A stretch of 64,000 nt of DNA from Felis catus (taxonomy: Eukaryota): positions 145,578,001-145,642,000 of the forward strand of contig NC_058368.1 in assembly GCF_018350175.1 (NCBI RefSeq). The letters run 5' to 3'. The position numbers and the translations under genes were made by a program. Positions 14,001-26,488 of the stretch are shown one piece after another (the first letter of the stretch is position 1; every line of letters begins with the position of its first letter). The notes under the pieces are model-generated. The model was not told where the DNA came from. It did no database searches and was given only the letters and a program-made list of their open reading frames with translations.

Positions 14001-16349
14001 TCTGGATGATGTACTCATTTGGAAATATTAGTTATCCTTTGCTACCAGATTCTGAGGGATAGTATCAATCACATAGGGACAATGTTTTTGTTGGTGTCAG
14101 AGTTGTTTCCAAGTTAATTTTTTTTTGGTCTGCTTGATGAAGACCTTAAAATTCATCAGTGGCAGAAAATAATTCTGAAAAGCTCTTGTAGGTTGTAGAG
14201 ACCACTCCCCCCAGATAGATATCTCTGCTCAGGCAGCTCTATTTCTTTTCAGAATAGTTTTTGCTTTAAAAAAACTTAATTTTTGATTGATAAAAATTTC
14301 CATTTTTAAGAATGCAGCTACATAACAGACTGTTATCCCAACAGTTATAAAACATTAGAAAATATTTTGTTTTGTCAAAGTAACAGCTCTTTCTCTGCAA
14401 TATGAGGATTTTTCCTCCGGGTTTCTTCTCCAGTTAATATAATGCAAAACTCCTTCAATCAGAAATAGTGCTGGTTAAAGCTACCAAACAGTATCCTAAA
14501 CTGCTTTTGTGTAGCCTTAGAACACTTACTTCACCTCCTTGGTCCTCAGCTATGTGATTTGTGAGACCGACTGTAATTCTTGGTCTGTGAAATAGAAGTG
14601 TTGAATTCTAGACTGTGAGGTTGGTGAGCTGCCAGATGTGTGACTTGGGCTAAATTTCCTAATCTCCTTTAGGCTTTTGCCATTTCTATTTTTAAAAAGC
14701 CCATTAACATCCATCCTACTCACCTACCAAGAGCAGGAAGGAGATCAAAATGCTAAGTCAACCTGAATGTGCTTCATAACCAACATAATGCCACAAGAGT
14801 AAGGGTGATCTGGGATAATTAGCCCCAGCTCCTATCTAGTGTCAGCATACATTCTCCCTCCGCCCCTCCCACCTTGTTTCCCAACACAAATGGGCCCCAC
14901 CCCCCCATCAGGCAAGTTGTCTCCACCCACATCCTTATCTGAGTGTTGTTCTTGCTGGCTCCCACCTGGAAATGCTTCCTTCTCCATCTCTCTACTCAAT
15001 TCTCAACCTAGTCTATATAATTCACTCTTACAAAGCCATCTCTGACCACCATAGCTCCCACTGGTCAACCTCTCCCTTCATTACTCACTGCACTTAGTCA
15101 TAGTAGCATTTAATTTTCTCCCTTTCACTCTGATCGCCTCCTTAATGATGGATAATAAAATAACTTACCCACTTTCTTTGGTATGTTATAAGGTAGCATG
15201 CACATGAGAGTTGTTGTCTGCCCTTTGTAAGTGATCCAGGGAAGGCTCTCAGTCTGGGGATTGGGCCAGCAGCTGTGTTGATCATTTGATACTATAGCCT
15301 ACAGACTGGGGGATAAAAAAACCCAAACTAACCATCTTCCTAACACAGATGTATTAAAATAAAGATGTATTAAAGTAAAGGAAGTTAAAACTGGGTTTTT
15401 GTATCCATTTTTCCCGAGATACGTATAGTTTTTATTCATACTCTCAAGATATTAGAAAATGGAGATCTGCATTGTCAGAACCAGCTCTTACATAATTCAA
15501 ACAGCTGATATTCCAGTGAGTTGGGTTTTTTAAGGATTAAAATGTGAGAATAAGAATATGCAAATAATCAGTCCAGCAGATACCAACTGAGTTTCTCTTG
15601 TGTACCTAGCCCGGTGTTAGTGGCCAGGGATGACAAACAGAAAGACATGACCCTGGCTCATAAGAATGCCACAGTCCAGTGAAAAACACAGACAAGAAGA
15701 AGACTCAGGGACAGTAGGATGTGTGCTGTGGCAAAGGTGTGGAAAGCCAGCGCCCGGGAAGGTTTGCAGAAGAGGAATGTGAGTGGACCTGTGAAAAATC
15801 TAAGATTTAGCCAGGTCAAGAATGGAGGAAAGACCTTGAAAATGCATGGGGAACTGGCAAAGAGTGAGGCTGGCTCAAAGGACTGGGGCCAGGTCTGGAG
15901 GAGATTTATTGCCACACTGAGAATTTGTTTCTGGCCTAAAAAACAGAAAGAACCACTGAGGGAATGCAAGTAGAAGAGTTGAAATGATCACTCTTGCATT
16001 TTGGAAAGATCCTGTATTTTTTAAATGATGATTGTATATAACTAGTCACACAACTACTTTGTCAGTTTTTATCACAAGCAGGTACTGGCCCACAGGCTCT
16101 AGAAGGTAGGAGTGCATAAAGGGCTGGGGGTATGCCAAGGATATTTTTCAGTTTTTACCCAGGACCTTCCGAAACCAAACCTGCCAGTGCCTGGAATGCC
16201 TGTTTCCTGGCTGTGTTACCTGGGGCAAGTCACTGCACCTCTCTGAGCCTCTCTTTCCTAATGTATTAAATGGAAGGAAGTGTATTAGATCACTAATTAG
16301 TTATTAGTTTATGACTAGTATATATGTATATTTTTTATGAAATAGAATA

Positions 16350-17165
16350 TGTCTGGGAAACATTCCCTGTGTTATCTTCTTTACTCTCATACTACTACAC
16401 TCACCACACTTCTGACTCTAGATGTGTAAGTTTTTCACACATCAAATGATCCTGCAGTAGCAACTGGTGTCCTGCAATTCAGTTCAGTTTTGATACCATC
16501 TGCCTGGAATTAGCACCACAAGACCTCCCCATGTAAGACCCCAGGTTGTCACAAGTCCCAGGTTGTCACCTATATTTCTGACTGACCAACTATAAACCAA
16601 GGTTGCCATGACCTCCTCCTTGGGTTCAGTAATTTGCTAGAATGGCTCATAACATTTAGGGAAACACTTACGTGTACCGGTTGATTATGTAACAAAGGAT
16701 ACGATACAGAATACAGATGAACAGCCAGATGAAGAGCTACGTAGGGCAAGGCCTGGAGAGTCCCAGGTGCAGGAGCTTCTGTCCACCTGGAAGCTCTCTC
16801 AAACTCGTACTTTTGGGATTTGATGGAAATGTCATCATGAAGGCATGAATGATCACGAACTCTACTTCTAGCCCTTCCCCTCTTCCCAGAGGATGGAGAA
16901 CAGGTCTGAAAGCCCCAAGCTTCGAATCAGACCTTGGTCTTTCTGGTGACCAGCCCCCATCCTGAAGCTGTTCAAGAGCCCACCAAGAGTCAGCTCCTTA
17001 TATCAAAAGACACTCCTATCACCCAGGAAATTCCAAGGGATTTAGGAAGTCAGTGTCGGGAGCCAGAATCAAAGACCAAGTATTAGAAGAAATGCTCCTC
17101 ATGTTCTCATCGCTTGAGAAATCACAAGGGTTTAGGAGCTCTGTGCCAGAACTGGGGGCAGATAT
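16350..17165. mobile_element. MER21-like ERV LTR
   Basis: ccacacttctgac...ggtgtcctgcaattcag...aattccaagggatttagga...ggtttaggagctctgtgccaga motifs. Confidence 0.7.
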
Positions 17166-17645
17166 ATAAATAAATATATATATTTAAATATTTATATATT
17201 CTATTATTTAAAAATATATGGAAAAAATAGGTCGCACATGGTAAGGATATTACTGTTTGGTGAAACTTTGGCTTCAGCTATATATACATATAATCTGTTT
17301 ATATGGGTGTGTATTTCTGCGCGTGCAAGGAAATATATTTCTAACTCCAGGAAACAGAGATTTGAAAACTAATGGACAAATAAGCTCCCTTCCAATTCTA
17401 AGACCCTCTGATTCCCCCCTTATACTGCTGACCAGTAAGTTGATGAAGGTTGTTCCAGAAGGATATAGGCAGTACTTAACTACTATTGTGCCCATGGAAC
17501 TGAGCTATTTAAATATGCACATAGGTCCTTTTATAGGGCTTGTCTGTAAAAGTGCTTTCACATTTTTATTCTTAAATGTTGTAGTGTTCTTTCAAGCAGT
17601 ACTGCAGTGTATAAAGCCCTTGCTTTTAACTTTTGTGTTGTCAAT

Positions 17646-17679
17646 AGCGGCACCTAGTGGTAAAATAGCCCTATTGCAA
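17646..17679 (-). promoter_or_regulatory. Candidate CTCF site with upstream motif
   Basis: Minus strand TTGCAATAGGGCTATTTTACCACTAGGTGCCGCT: core CCACTAGGTG(C)CGC with one mismatch, plus TGCAAT 12 nt upstream. Confidence 0.6.
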
Positions 17680-17871
17680 GTATCCTGTATTCTAAGCTGT
17701 TAAAACTGAAAGTGATTTTACAGATCACCAAGTCCCATTTTATAAATTATAAAAAACAAACTGGAAACTCACATTTTTTTCCTACCCTGAAATATACTTT
17801 ACATGAGAATAAATAAATCCTATGGCTGACTTATTATTTCTTGCATTACTTTGATGCTTTTTAAAAAAAAA

Positions 17872-18290
17872 TTTTTTTTATGTTTATTTATTTTTGAGAG
17901 AGATAGAGACAGAATGCAAGTGGGTTAGGGGCAGAGAGAGAGGGAGACACAGAATCTGAAGCAGGCTCCAGGCTCTGAGCTGTCAGCACAGAGCCTGACG
18001 CGGGGCTGGAACTGATGAACTGTGAGATCATGACCTGAGCCAAAGTCGGATGCTCAACCGACTGAGCCACCAGGCGCCCCAATGCTTTTTTTTTTTAAGT
18101 TTATTTATTTATTTTGAGAGAGTCAGAGACAGCACAAGTCGGGGAGGGGCAGAGAGAGAGACTCCTAAGCAGGCTCTACACTGCCAGTACAGACCCTGAT
18201 GCAGGGCTCAGACTCAGGAAACCACAAGATCATGACCTCAGCTGAAACCAAGAGTCATACGGTTAACCAACTGAGCCACCCAGGTGCCCC
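17872..18290 (-). mobile_element. Two tandem CAN-SINEs (17872-18080, 18087-18290)
   Basis: Two gagccac(c)cagg(c/t)gcccc ends, each with its own T-rich tail. Confidence 0.92.
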
Positions 18291-19076
18291 TGAAGCTTTT
18301 CAGTACCCAGAAGTCAGTTACAACTGAGGCAGAAATCTAAGCATACTCTGATAGGTTAATGGGAATTCATAGTTCAGTGTATCCACAGCCTTTGGTGCAT
18401 TATTATTTACACATGCATGCCAGATTGGGGTTTAGCATGGTGCCTGACACATGGTAATTACTCAACAAATCTTTGTGGAATATTTGTATATGTGGCCGAA
18501 TACTGAGGGGGGAAGGCTCCCATGGCCTTTCTGCAGGCACGAGGACCTGGACCTGCTTTCCTCTTTTGGGAACTGCATCCCACTCTTTGCCTTGAGAAGA
18601 CTTCTTCCCCTGACACCAGCAGCAGAGTAGGACGTGGTCTCCTCCATCCCTTTCTTCAGTAGATTCAAAGAGAGAGAATACCCAGGCCCTTACCTACTTA
18701 CTAATAGGGAAATGGCTAAATCGAATGTGATGCTGGATAGCAGTTAAGGGGAATGAATTGAATCATCCAATCTCAAAACAGGGAGTTCTCATAAATAGAT
18801 TGTTGAGTTAAAACAGAAAGCAAAAACTAGATGATAAATATGCAAGCAACTTAACACAACTTATAAAAACTATATACCAATTCCACATATTCTTTATAGT
18901 ACATATACAGTATATGTATGTAAAACCATTAAAAATGATCTAGAAGGACACACACCAAACTTGTAAGAATGGTTACCTCAAACTGAAGAGTGGGAACTTG
19001 GATTGGAAGAAATCGAAGACTGGCTCTTTTTGTAATGCTATACTTATCTAGCCTTAGCCTATAAAACTAAAATCCA

Positions 19077-19315
19077 TTTTTATTTATTTATTTTTAATTT
19101 TTTTAATGTTTATTTATTTTTGAGAGAGAGAGAGAGACAGAGACAGAATGCAAGTGGGGGAGGGGCAGAAAGAAAGGGAGACACAGAATCTGAAGCAGGC
19201 TCCAGGCTCTGAGCTGTCAGCACAGAGCCCTACATGGGGCTTGAACTCACAGACCACAGGATCATGACCTGAGCCAAAGTTGGGCACTTAACCGACTGAA
19301 CCACCCAGGCACCCC
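19077..19315 (-). mobile_element. CAN-SINE (felid type)
   Basis: Full body; TSD taaaat(c/t)catttt. Confidence 0.92.
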
Positions 19316-20230
19316 TAAAATTCATTTTTAGAAAAGATTTTTGTCCTAATGAATAACTTGGAAGCCACAGAAACATTTGAAGGCGAACATTTCAAATGTG
19401 CTTAAGTGGAAATCACCCATGGATAACTGCAATTAAAATTTTGCTGTATTTCCTCATACTAGTTTGGACATATTTAATTAGGATCATTCCATATATAATT
19501 TTACATTCTTATTTTTCCCATATAACATTATATTGACAGCATTATCCCATGTCATTTGACATCCTTTGAAAAACCAACTTACAATGACTAGTATATCTTC
19601 TGTATCAAAATGTACCAAATAATTCTATCGGACGTTTAGGTTGTTTCTAATTCTTCTCTGTTTATTTAACATACATTCATTAAGCACATACTTCCTGCGT
19701 GGTCAGGACCTGTGCTAGGGATATAGTGGTCAGTAAGGTAGACAAAGCCCCTCCCTCAGAGATCTAATGCAGTAAGAAATGTGTGCAGAAGCAGTTGCTT
19801 TAGGTTATACTGTTACTAAGGGAATGAACAGATCAAAGGATATGAAATGTCTTAAGACTTTTGATTCATGTCCCTAAATTTTTCACTACTAAGGCTATAT
19901 GATTTACATTCCCAGCAGTAGTCTGTGCTTTACTTTCCCTAAAATCTTTGAAAATAATTTTATTTTATTTTACTTTGCTTTTATTACTGAGCTGACCCTT
20001 TTTTTCTTTATGTCTTGCTAAATTTTGCATAGATTCTCAGCTTACTTCTTCTAGTAGGCTATGCATTTCTCAGTGTTGCTAGAGTTAGTTTTCCAGCTTT
20101 TTTATTGTCCATTTAATTGCCCCAAATCTCTGTTTTGCTTCCATCAGAGCTGACTGTCCATATACTGGTTCTAATAAAACCAGAAAGCTGGATTTAAACA
20201 ATTAGGATATGTATATTATATATATATATA

Positions 20231-21237
20231 TTTTTTTAATATATGAAATTTATTGTCAAATTGGTTTCCATACAACACCCAGTGCTCATCCCAAAAGATG
20301 CCCTCTTCAATACCCATCACCCGCCCTCCCCTCCCTCCCACCCCCCATCAACCCTCAGTTTGTTCTCCGTTTTTAAGAGTCTCTCATGCTTTGGCTCTCT
20401 CCCACTCTAACCTCTTTTTTTTTATTCCTTCCCCTCCCCCATGGGTTTCTGTTAAGTTTCTCAGGATCCACATAAGAGTGAAAACATATGGTATCTGTCT
20501 TTCTCTGTATGGCTTATTTCACTTAGCATCACACTCTCCAGTTCCATCCATATTGCTACAAAGGGCCATATTTCATTCTTTCTCATTGCCAGGTAGTACT
20601 CCATTGTGTATATAAACCACAATTTCTTTATCCATTCATCAGTTGATGGACATTTAGGCTCTTTCCATAATTTGGCTATTGTTGAGAGTGCTGCTATAAA
20701 CATTGGGGTACAAGTGCCCCTATGTATCAGTACTCCTGTATCCCTTGGGTAAATTCCTAGCAGTGCTACTGCTGGGTCATAGGGTAGGTCCATTTTTAAT
20801 TTTTTGAGGAACCTCCACACTGTTTTCCAGAGTGGCTGCCCCAGTTTGCATTCCCACCAACAGTGCAAGAGGGTTCCCGTTTCTCCACATCCTCTCTAGC
20901 ATCTATAGTCTCCCGATTTGTTCATTTTGGCCACTCTGACTGGCGTGAGGTGATATCTGAGTGTGGTTTTGATTTGTATTTCCCTGATAAGGAGCGACGT
21001 TGAGCATCTTTTCATGTGCCTGTTGGCCATCCGGATGTCTTCTTTAGAGAAGTGTCTATTCATGTTTTCTGCCCATTTCTTCACTGGGTTATTTGTTTTT
21101 CGGGTGTGGAGTTTGGTGAGCTCTTTATAGATTTTGGATACTAGCCCTTTGTCTGATATGTCATTTGCGAATATCTTTTGCCATTCCGTTGGTTGCCTTT
21201 TAGTTTTGTTGATTGTTTCCTTTGCTGTGCAGAAGCT
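20231..21237 (-). mobile_element. Young 5'-truncated carnivore/felid LINE-1 (ORF2 C-terminus and 3'UTR)
   Basis: ORFs 20896-21267 and 20461-20868 give the L1 ORF2 C-terminus ([18 protein letters not shown]...HCWWECKL...KWKEPKCPS-type), interrupted by a TAG; T-rich tail at the left end. Confidence 0.95.
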
Positions 21238-21861
21238 GCAAAAAATATATATATAATAAACCCTCACATACTTACAGAGCAGAATCAGTAATTACCAAGA
21301 TTTTTGCCATATTTGCTTCATTTAACCTTTTTTAAACTTTATATTTGCTCAAACAGTTTAAAGAAAATTACAGATATTATGTCATTTGTTTTTACAGGTC
21401 CATACTGAACATTTTTTATTTGATCTATTCTATCAAGTTTTACTGCAGTCTTACATGTTATAACACCTTTGGGTTCTTATCCTCTGCTTTTGCTCCTGAG
21501 GTGAGGCTTTGCACCCTTTTTCTGATTATGCCTTTGCCAGTGACATTGGAGAACTTTTCTCTAAAATGGCCCATTGTTCCATGAGGTCAGCTGGTACCAT
21601 CAAGGCAGAAGGTGAAATGTACATTTTGTAATTTCTGCAGACTGGACAATCCATCCACAGATCCTCCCCACATTGGAGACATTTCATTAATGATATCAAA
21701 CCATAGACAACTTCTTGTGACTGTTCTCAACTGTGATTAAAATGGACAATTTTGTAATATGTGACAAAATCTATTCATTATTATACAGATTTAATAGCTG
21801 GTTTCTTGTGAAGGAACCCCTTTAAAAGTCTGAAGAATGTGCAGAACCCATTTTCAGAAAA

Positions 21862-21862
<1 letters not shown>

Positions 21863-21893
<31 letters not shown>
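21863..21893. repeat. (TG)n microsatellite
   Basis: Direct reading. Confidence 0.95.
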
Positions 21894-21897
<4 letters not shown>

Positions 21898-23454
21898 ATA
21901 TACACACCCACATAAATCACACCCACCCCTAATATATATCAGAAAATTCTGCACACAGTTGCAGGAGATTCCTAGACTCTCTAAAATCTATGAGACAAAT
22001 CCTAGATCAAGAAACTTGGTCAATAAATTGCATTCACAGTGGCTTCCATATTATATCCTGATCAAGAAAAAGAGGAGAATAGTGACAGAAAGAAAAAAAA
22101 AAACCTACTTAATTATAAATAAGAAAATGTATAAAATACAGAAGGAACAAGATCAACTATTGTATATGGAATTAAGAGTTTTGGGTAAAAAAATGGAACT
22201 TACGGAGAACCTAAAGAAGGGGAAAGGGTCTTACTACCTACAAATACACACAAAACAGAGCATCAAACTATATAGAAAAAATATAAAGACATAATTAAGA
22301 TTGGATAAATTCACAAAACTGATGGGGAAAAAAGTGATATGACAAAACAACCTATTTCCTATTGCTGTTTCCAAAGCAAGTGTTAATAGACAAAACATGT
22401 TTCAGCAAGTAGTGTTTCTCTCAACTGTTCTCAGCTGTGATTAAAATGCAATGTTACTTAAAATGTGGCTTACTTTGCCCACTATTGTACAGATTTAAAC
22501 ATTAGCTGACTGATTAAAAGTGGTAAGGAAGCATAATATATTCATAGCATCTAAACTTACTTGAAAATTTGGGTATGCTCCATATGTCCTACACTTTTAA
22601 TCCAGACACGTAACTTGACCCCTTGTTTTGTTTCTAATTAACCACAGCAAAAGAGATTTTAGAAAACTAGACTCTAAAAAACAAAAAACAACAACAACAA
22701 AAACCTCGTCGCCATCAGTAGAGAACAGAATTCATGTCAATATTATCACAAAGAACCAAGCAGATCCTTGGTAGGCATGTGGAAAGTACTTTTCTGACTG
22801 GAAGATCTGAAAGAGTGATATGGGGCCATCATTTCCTCCTCCCTTCTGAGGGAGCAGCACTCCTTAGCACTAGAATTACTGTTCAAAGCTTCAGGTTGTC
22901 TGGGAAGCCGAATGTGTTACAAGGAAGGGATTCTGATGGTGCTCATCATGTGTGGCTAAAGTTCCAAGGTTCTGTGTGCGAGGGGTCCCCTCATTTTTGA
23001 AGTTACACACCACACATTAAAGGCTTGAATGACAACCTGAATGAGGTGGCCACTGGGTGTGTGCATATTTGGAAATGTTGGTTATCTGTGGTCATGAGTC
23101 CCTTCAAATGTGTCACTCTAAAAATGATTTTCACCTAATGAGACATAAAATCATGCGGTTTTAATGTTTTAATGCTTTGGTCTAGAACTCCTGTGGTCAT
23201 ATTATCATGACAATAAGCTTTAGAAATCCACTCATCTTTCTTACATACTAACAAACATAACATCACTTAACCAAATAATATGGACAGTGCTAGAAAGTAA
23301 GAATGCTTAGTACAACCTGCTAAGACAGTCCCTCAACTGTAGTGTCATAAGAAACGTGAGTTGAAACTTGAATGATCCATTGAAACAGATTTTATCGGTT
23401 AAAATAAAGATTATACAAGCTGCCGTTAGTGAAAATTTTATCTTAATATGTAAT

Positions 23455-23591
23455 TTATGATGTCAGTCTCTTTTCTTGACTGTGCAAAGCTAATAAAGAA
23501 ACGTTAGCTACTGGGACAACCTTGAAACAGACTGCAGGAGTGTTATCTACAGCATGACTGTTATGACCAAATCCTGCCACCAGACATGTTC
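23455..23591 (-). pseudogene. Degenerate duplicate of RPS23 exon 4 with its own splice acceptor
   Basis: tttgtttcattctag|GAACATGT then [42 protein letters not shown] versus RPS23 [43 protein letters not shown]. Confidence 0.88.
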
Positions 23592-23614
23592 CTAGAATGA
23601 AACAAAGGGAATTC

Positions 23615-24530
23615 ATACATTTTGTAATAGGACTGCTTGTTTCATCACTTTTGAGATTAGAAAGTTCTTTATATACTTTAGATACAAGTCTTTTGTTGGG
23701 TATATGATTTGCAAATATTTTTGGCTTGTCTCTGATATGTATTTTCATCCCTTTTTTTTCTTCTCTTTTTTTGGAGAGGGAGGGAGTGGAGGAGTGGGGG
23801 AGGGACAGACAATGGAGGAGAGAGAATCTAAGGTAGGATCCATGCCCAATGAAGAGTCCAACACAGGGCTCGAACTCATGACCGCAAGATCATGACCTAA
23901 GCCAAAATCAAGAGTTGGACATTTAAGCCACCAAAGCGCCCCTGTGTTTCCCTATTTCCACCCTCTTAACAAGATCTTTCGCAGAATAAAATTTTTAATT
24001 TTGAAAAAGGCCAGTGTATTCTTTATTTTTTTCGGTGGAATGTACTTTTGATGTATTGTCTAAGAGCTCTTCACCTAACTGTAAGTCATTAAGGCTTTTC
24101 TTCTACAAGTTTTAGTTTTATATTTTATATTCATATTTTACACTCATATATTATGACCCATTTTGAATTAATTTCTGTATAAGGTGTGCAATTTGAGGTC
24201 TGTTCTTTTTTGCAAATTAAAGTCTATACTGTATACTGTAAAAACTATCCTTCCTCCATTGAATTGCTTTTGTATCTGTGTCAAAAATCAGTTTGTCTTA
24301 CCTGTGTCTTTTAATGGATTCTATTTTAGTGATCTGTGTCTACCTCTTCTCTAATACCACACCCTCTTGATTACTGCAGCTATAAATTAAATCTTAAAAC
24401 CAAGTTTTGTGATTCCTCCACCCTTCTTTATTTTCAGTACTGTTTTAGCTATTCTAGTTCCTTTACCTTTTCATATAAATTTTAGAATTAGCTTTTCTAT
24501 TTCTACAGGAAAAAAATCTGCTGGGATTTT
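23615..24530 (-). mobile_element. Old L1 ORF2 fragment interrupted by a CAN-SINE (23752-23942)
   Basis: [24 protein letters not shown] translation; T-rich L1 antisense texture. Confidence 0.75.
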
Positions 24531-25775
24531 GCTTAAGTTTTGCACCCAAGGTGAGTGCTTCGTTTCTCTCACCCTACAGCTTACACATGCGGCACAGACC
24601 AGGCACACACTTCATGCTGGATCGAAGAAGGGCAGTATGGGTCACAAGGTGGTGAGGGATGGGTGAGAGAAATACACAGGAGGCAGGAGTTGTTAAGAAG
24701 GAAGCAGATCAAACACTTGGGGTTTGAGGTACATGAGGTGGATTTGTGTCTGTCAGTCATTTAGCTATAGAACAGGCATCCCTGGTGCACCCAGCAGACA
24801 AGAGTGAGCCACTGTCACAGAATGTCTTAACTCCCAGGTGTGTTCTCTATAGACTTGGCCGAGGTCTCAACATGGCAGAAAAAAGGACACACTGCAGAGG
24901 GGTGGGTAGGTGTCAGTGCCACCCGCCTTCTCACCTTCCCCAAGCCTCCTCCCTCCTGCACTGCCAGGCAACACCTCCCAGCTCCCTACACTGCACCTGA
25001 CCACAGGGATGAGATCTTGTGGCCCTTGGTGGCTTCTTGTGGTTCAGGCCGGGTAGACAAGACCCAGAGATCTCCCTGCTTGGGTCAGTATGTCAACTGG
25101 AAAGCATCTGGTCAGCCTTTGAGAATGACTTAGTGGATAACTACACACATTAGTAAACCCTGAAATAGAAATAAAGGATAGCCCATCTTGTCTTATTACC
25201 ACATATAAATGTATCAATATGTGTACTTATTAAATTTACACAATTCAAATGTCAGACTTTGTGTTTCAGTAAAAAAAAAAAAAAAAAAAAAAAGCCACTC
25301 CCCATTCTTGTGGAAAGACAAATCACACAATCATTTGTGACAAGCATAAACACAAGTGTGATGTGTGATGTATTTGGAAATCAATGAGGTCTGAGATGGG
25401 AGAAGCAGCAGGTGGAATGTGAGGGGTCTCCTGAAACTGCCTGGGAAATTCAAGTTTGAGCAAGGCAGAGTTCATTGCTGCTGGAGGAGGAAAGGACCAG
25501 ACAAAACACCGATCTGCTATACTGTGGAAAGGACCATGGTTTTGGTCTTATGGGAAATTGAAAGCCAAAGAATTCTCATTTTCCAAGATCCTAAACATAA
25601 CCTAACACTAGGCTATATTCAAAGAGCAAATTAATTCACATTTACTAATGCTGCCAACAGCAGTTCCTCCAATAAAATTTGAGAAAGCTAATAAGCTTCA
25701 TTTTAGACAGATTTTATTATTTTTCTCCTATGGAAATTTTGAAACAAGAGTTAAGGACACTACCAAGAAACAAAC

Positions 25776-25940
25776 TTTTGAGAGAAAGAGTGAGCGCACG
25801 AGGAAGGGACAGAGAGGGAGATACAGAATCCGAATCAGGCTCCAGGCTGAGCTGTCAGCAGAGTCTGACCTGGGGCTCAAACCATAAACTGTGAGATCCA
25901 TGACCTGAGCTGAAGTTGGCTGCTTAACAGACTGCACCAT
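25776..25940 (-). mobile_element. CAN-SINE
   Basis: caggctccaggctgagctgtcagca...catgacctgagctgaagt. Confidence 0.8.
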
Positions 25941-25969
25941 GCTGCAAGAAAAAAACTCAAAAAACTCTT

Positions 25970-26150
25970 AACTACTGAAAAACTAATGGTTACCACAGGA
26001 AGTAGGGGGTAGAATAGGTGAAGTGTGATAGGGATTAAGGAGTCCATTTGTGAGGAGCACCAGGTAATGTATGGAAGTGTTGAATCATTAGACTGTACAC
26101 CTGAAATTGAGAGAACACTGTATGTTAACTATACTGGAATAAAAATCTGA
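25970..26150 (+). mobile_element. Carnivore L1 3' end fragment
   Basis: gagcaccaggtaatgtatggaagtgttgaatca...tgtacacctgaaa...gttaactatactggaataaaa; a similar piece lies at 51750-51850. Confidence 0.7.
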
Positions 26151-26338
26151 AAGAATGGACAAAAAAGTCCCACGTACCCAATAACCAGCTTCAATTATCA
26201 AGCTACAATCCTTCTAGATCACTTCTAACTGATCACTTCTACTTTGTGCCATGAAATAAACCTCAAGGTCAAACTATCAGTTACTGACAGTCAGTACAAA
26301 GAACATTGAGGTTAATCATTCTATAGTTCAACATTCTT

Positions 26339-26488
26339 GCTTTTTTCTTTTGATTTTTACAATTATTTTTAGAGAAAATCTTAAGCAGGCTCCATGCTCA
26401 GTGTGGAGGTTGATGCAATGTAGGGCTCGATCCCATGACCTGAGCTGAAATCAAGAGTCAGATGCTCAACTGAGCCACCCAGGAGCCC
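26339..26488 (-). mobile_element. CAN-SINE (internally deleted)
   Basis: gggctcgatcccatgacctgagctgaaatcaagagtc...gagccacccaggagcccc. Confidence 0.8.

Noticed and set aside
17257..17703. 148-aa plus-strand ORF
   Set aside because: Non-ATG start, no recognisable homology and no exon structure.
21839..22294. 151-aa Lys-rich ORF
   Set aside because: It runs through a (TG)n repeat and A-rich low-complexity sequence.
22420..22443. Resemblance of minus-strand TAATCACAGCTGAGAACAGTTGA to miR-216
   Set aside because: It has a seed mismatch, sits at the base of the hairpin rather than on an arm, and this is not the miR-216/217 syntenic locus.
22431..22513. C/D-box snoRNA reading on the plus strand (GTGATTA...CTGA)
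   Set aside because: Box C is imperfect, the sister copy has CTGG instead of CTGA, and no plus-strand host intron is evident.
23455..23748. 97-aa ORF as a real L1-RPS23 fusion protein
   Set aside because: It is a chance read-through from decayed L1 sequence across the acceptor into the duplicate exon, with no promoter or start evidence.
25655..25760. Possible further RPS23 exon 3/4 remnant (cctccaataaaattt; minus strand tttccatag|GAGAAAAATAATAAAATCTG)
   Set aside because: Similarity is limited to about 15 AT-rich bases and does not extend into a recognisable peptide, so it is compatible with chance.
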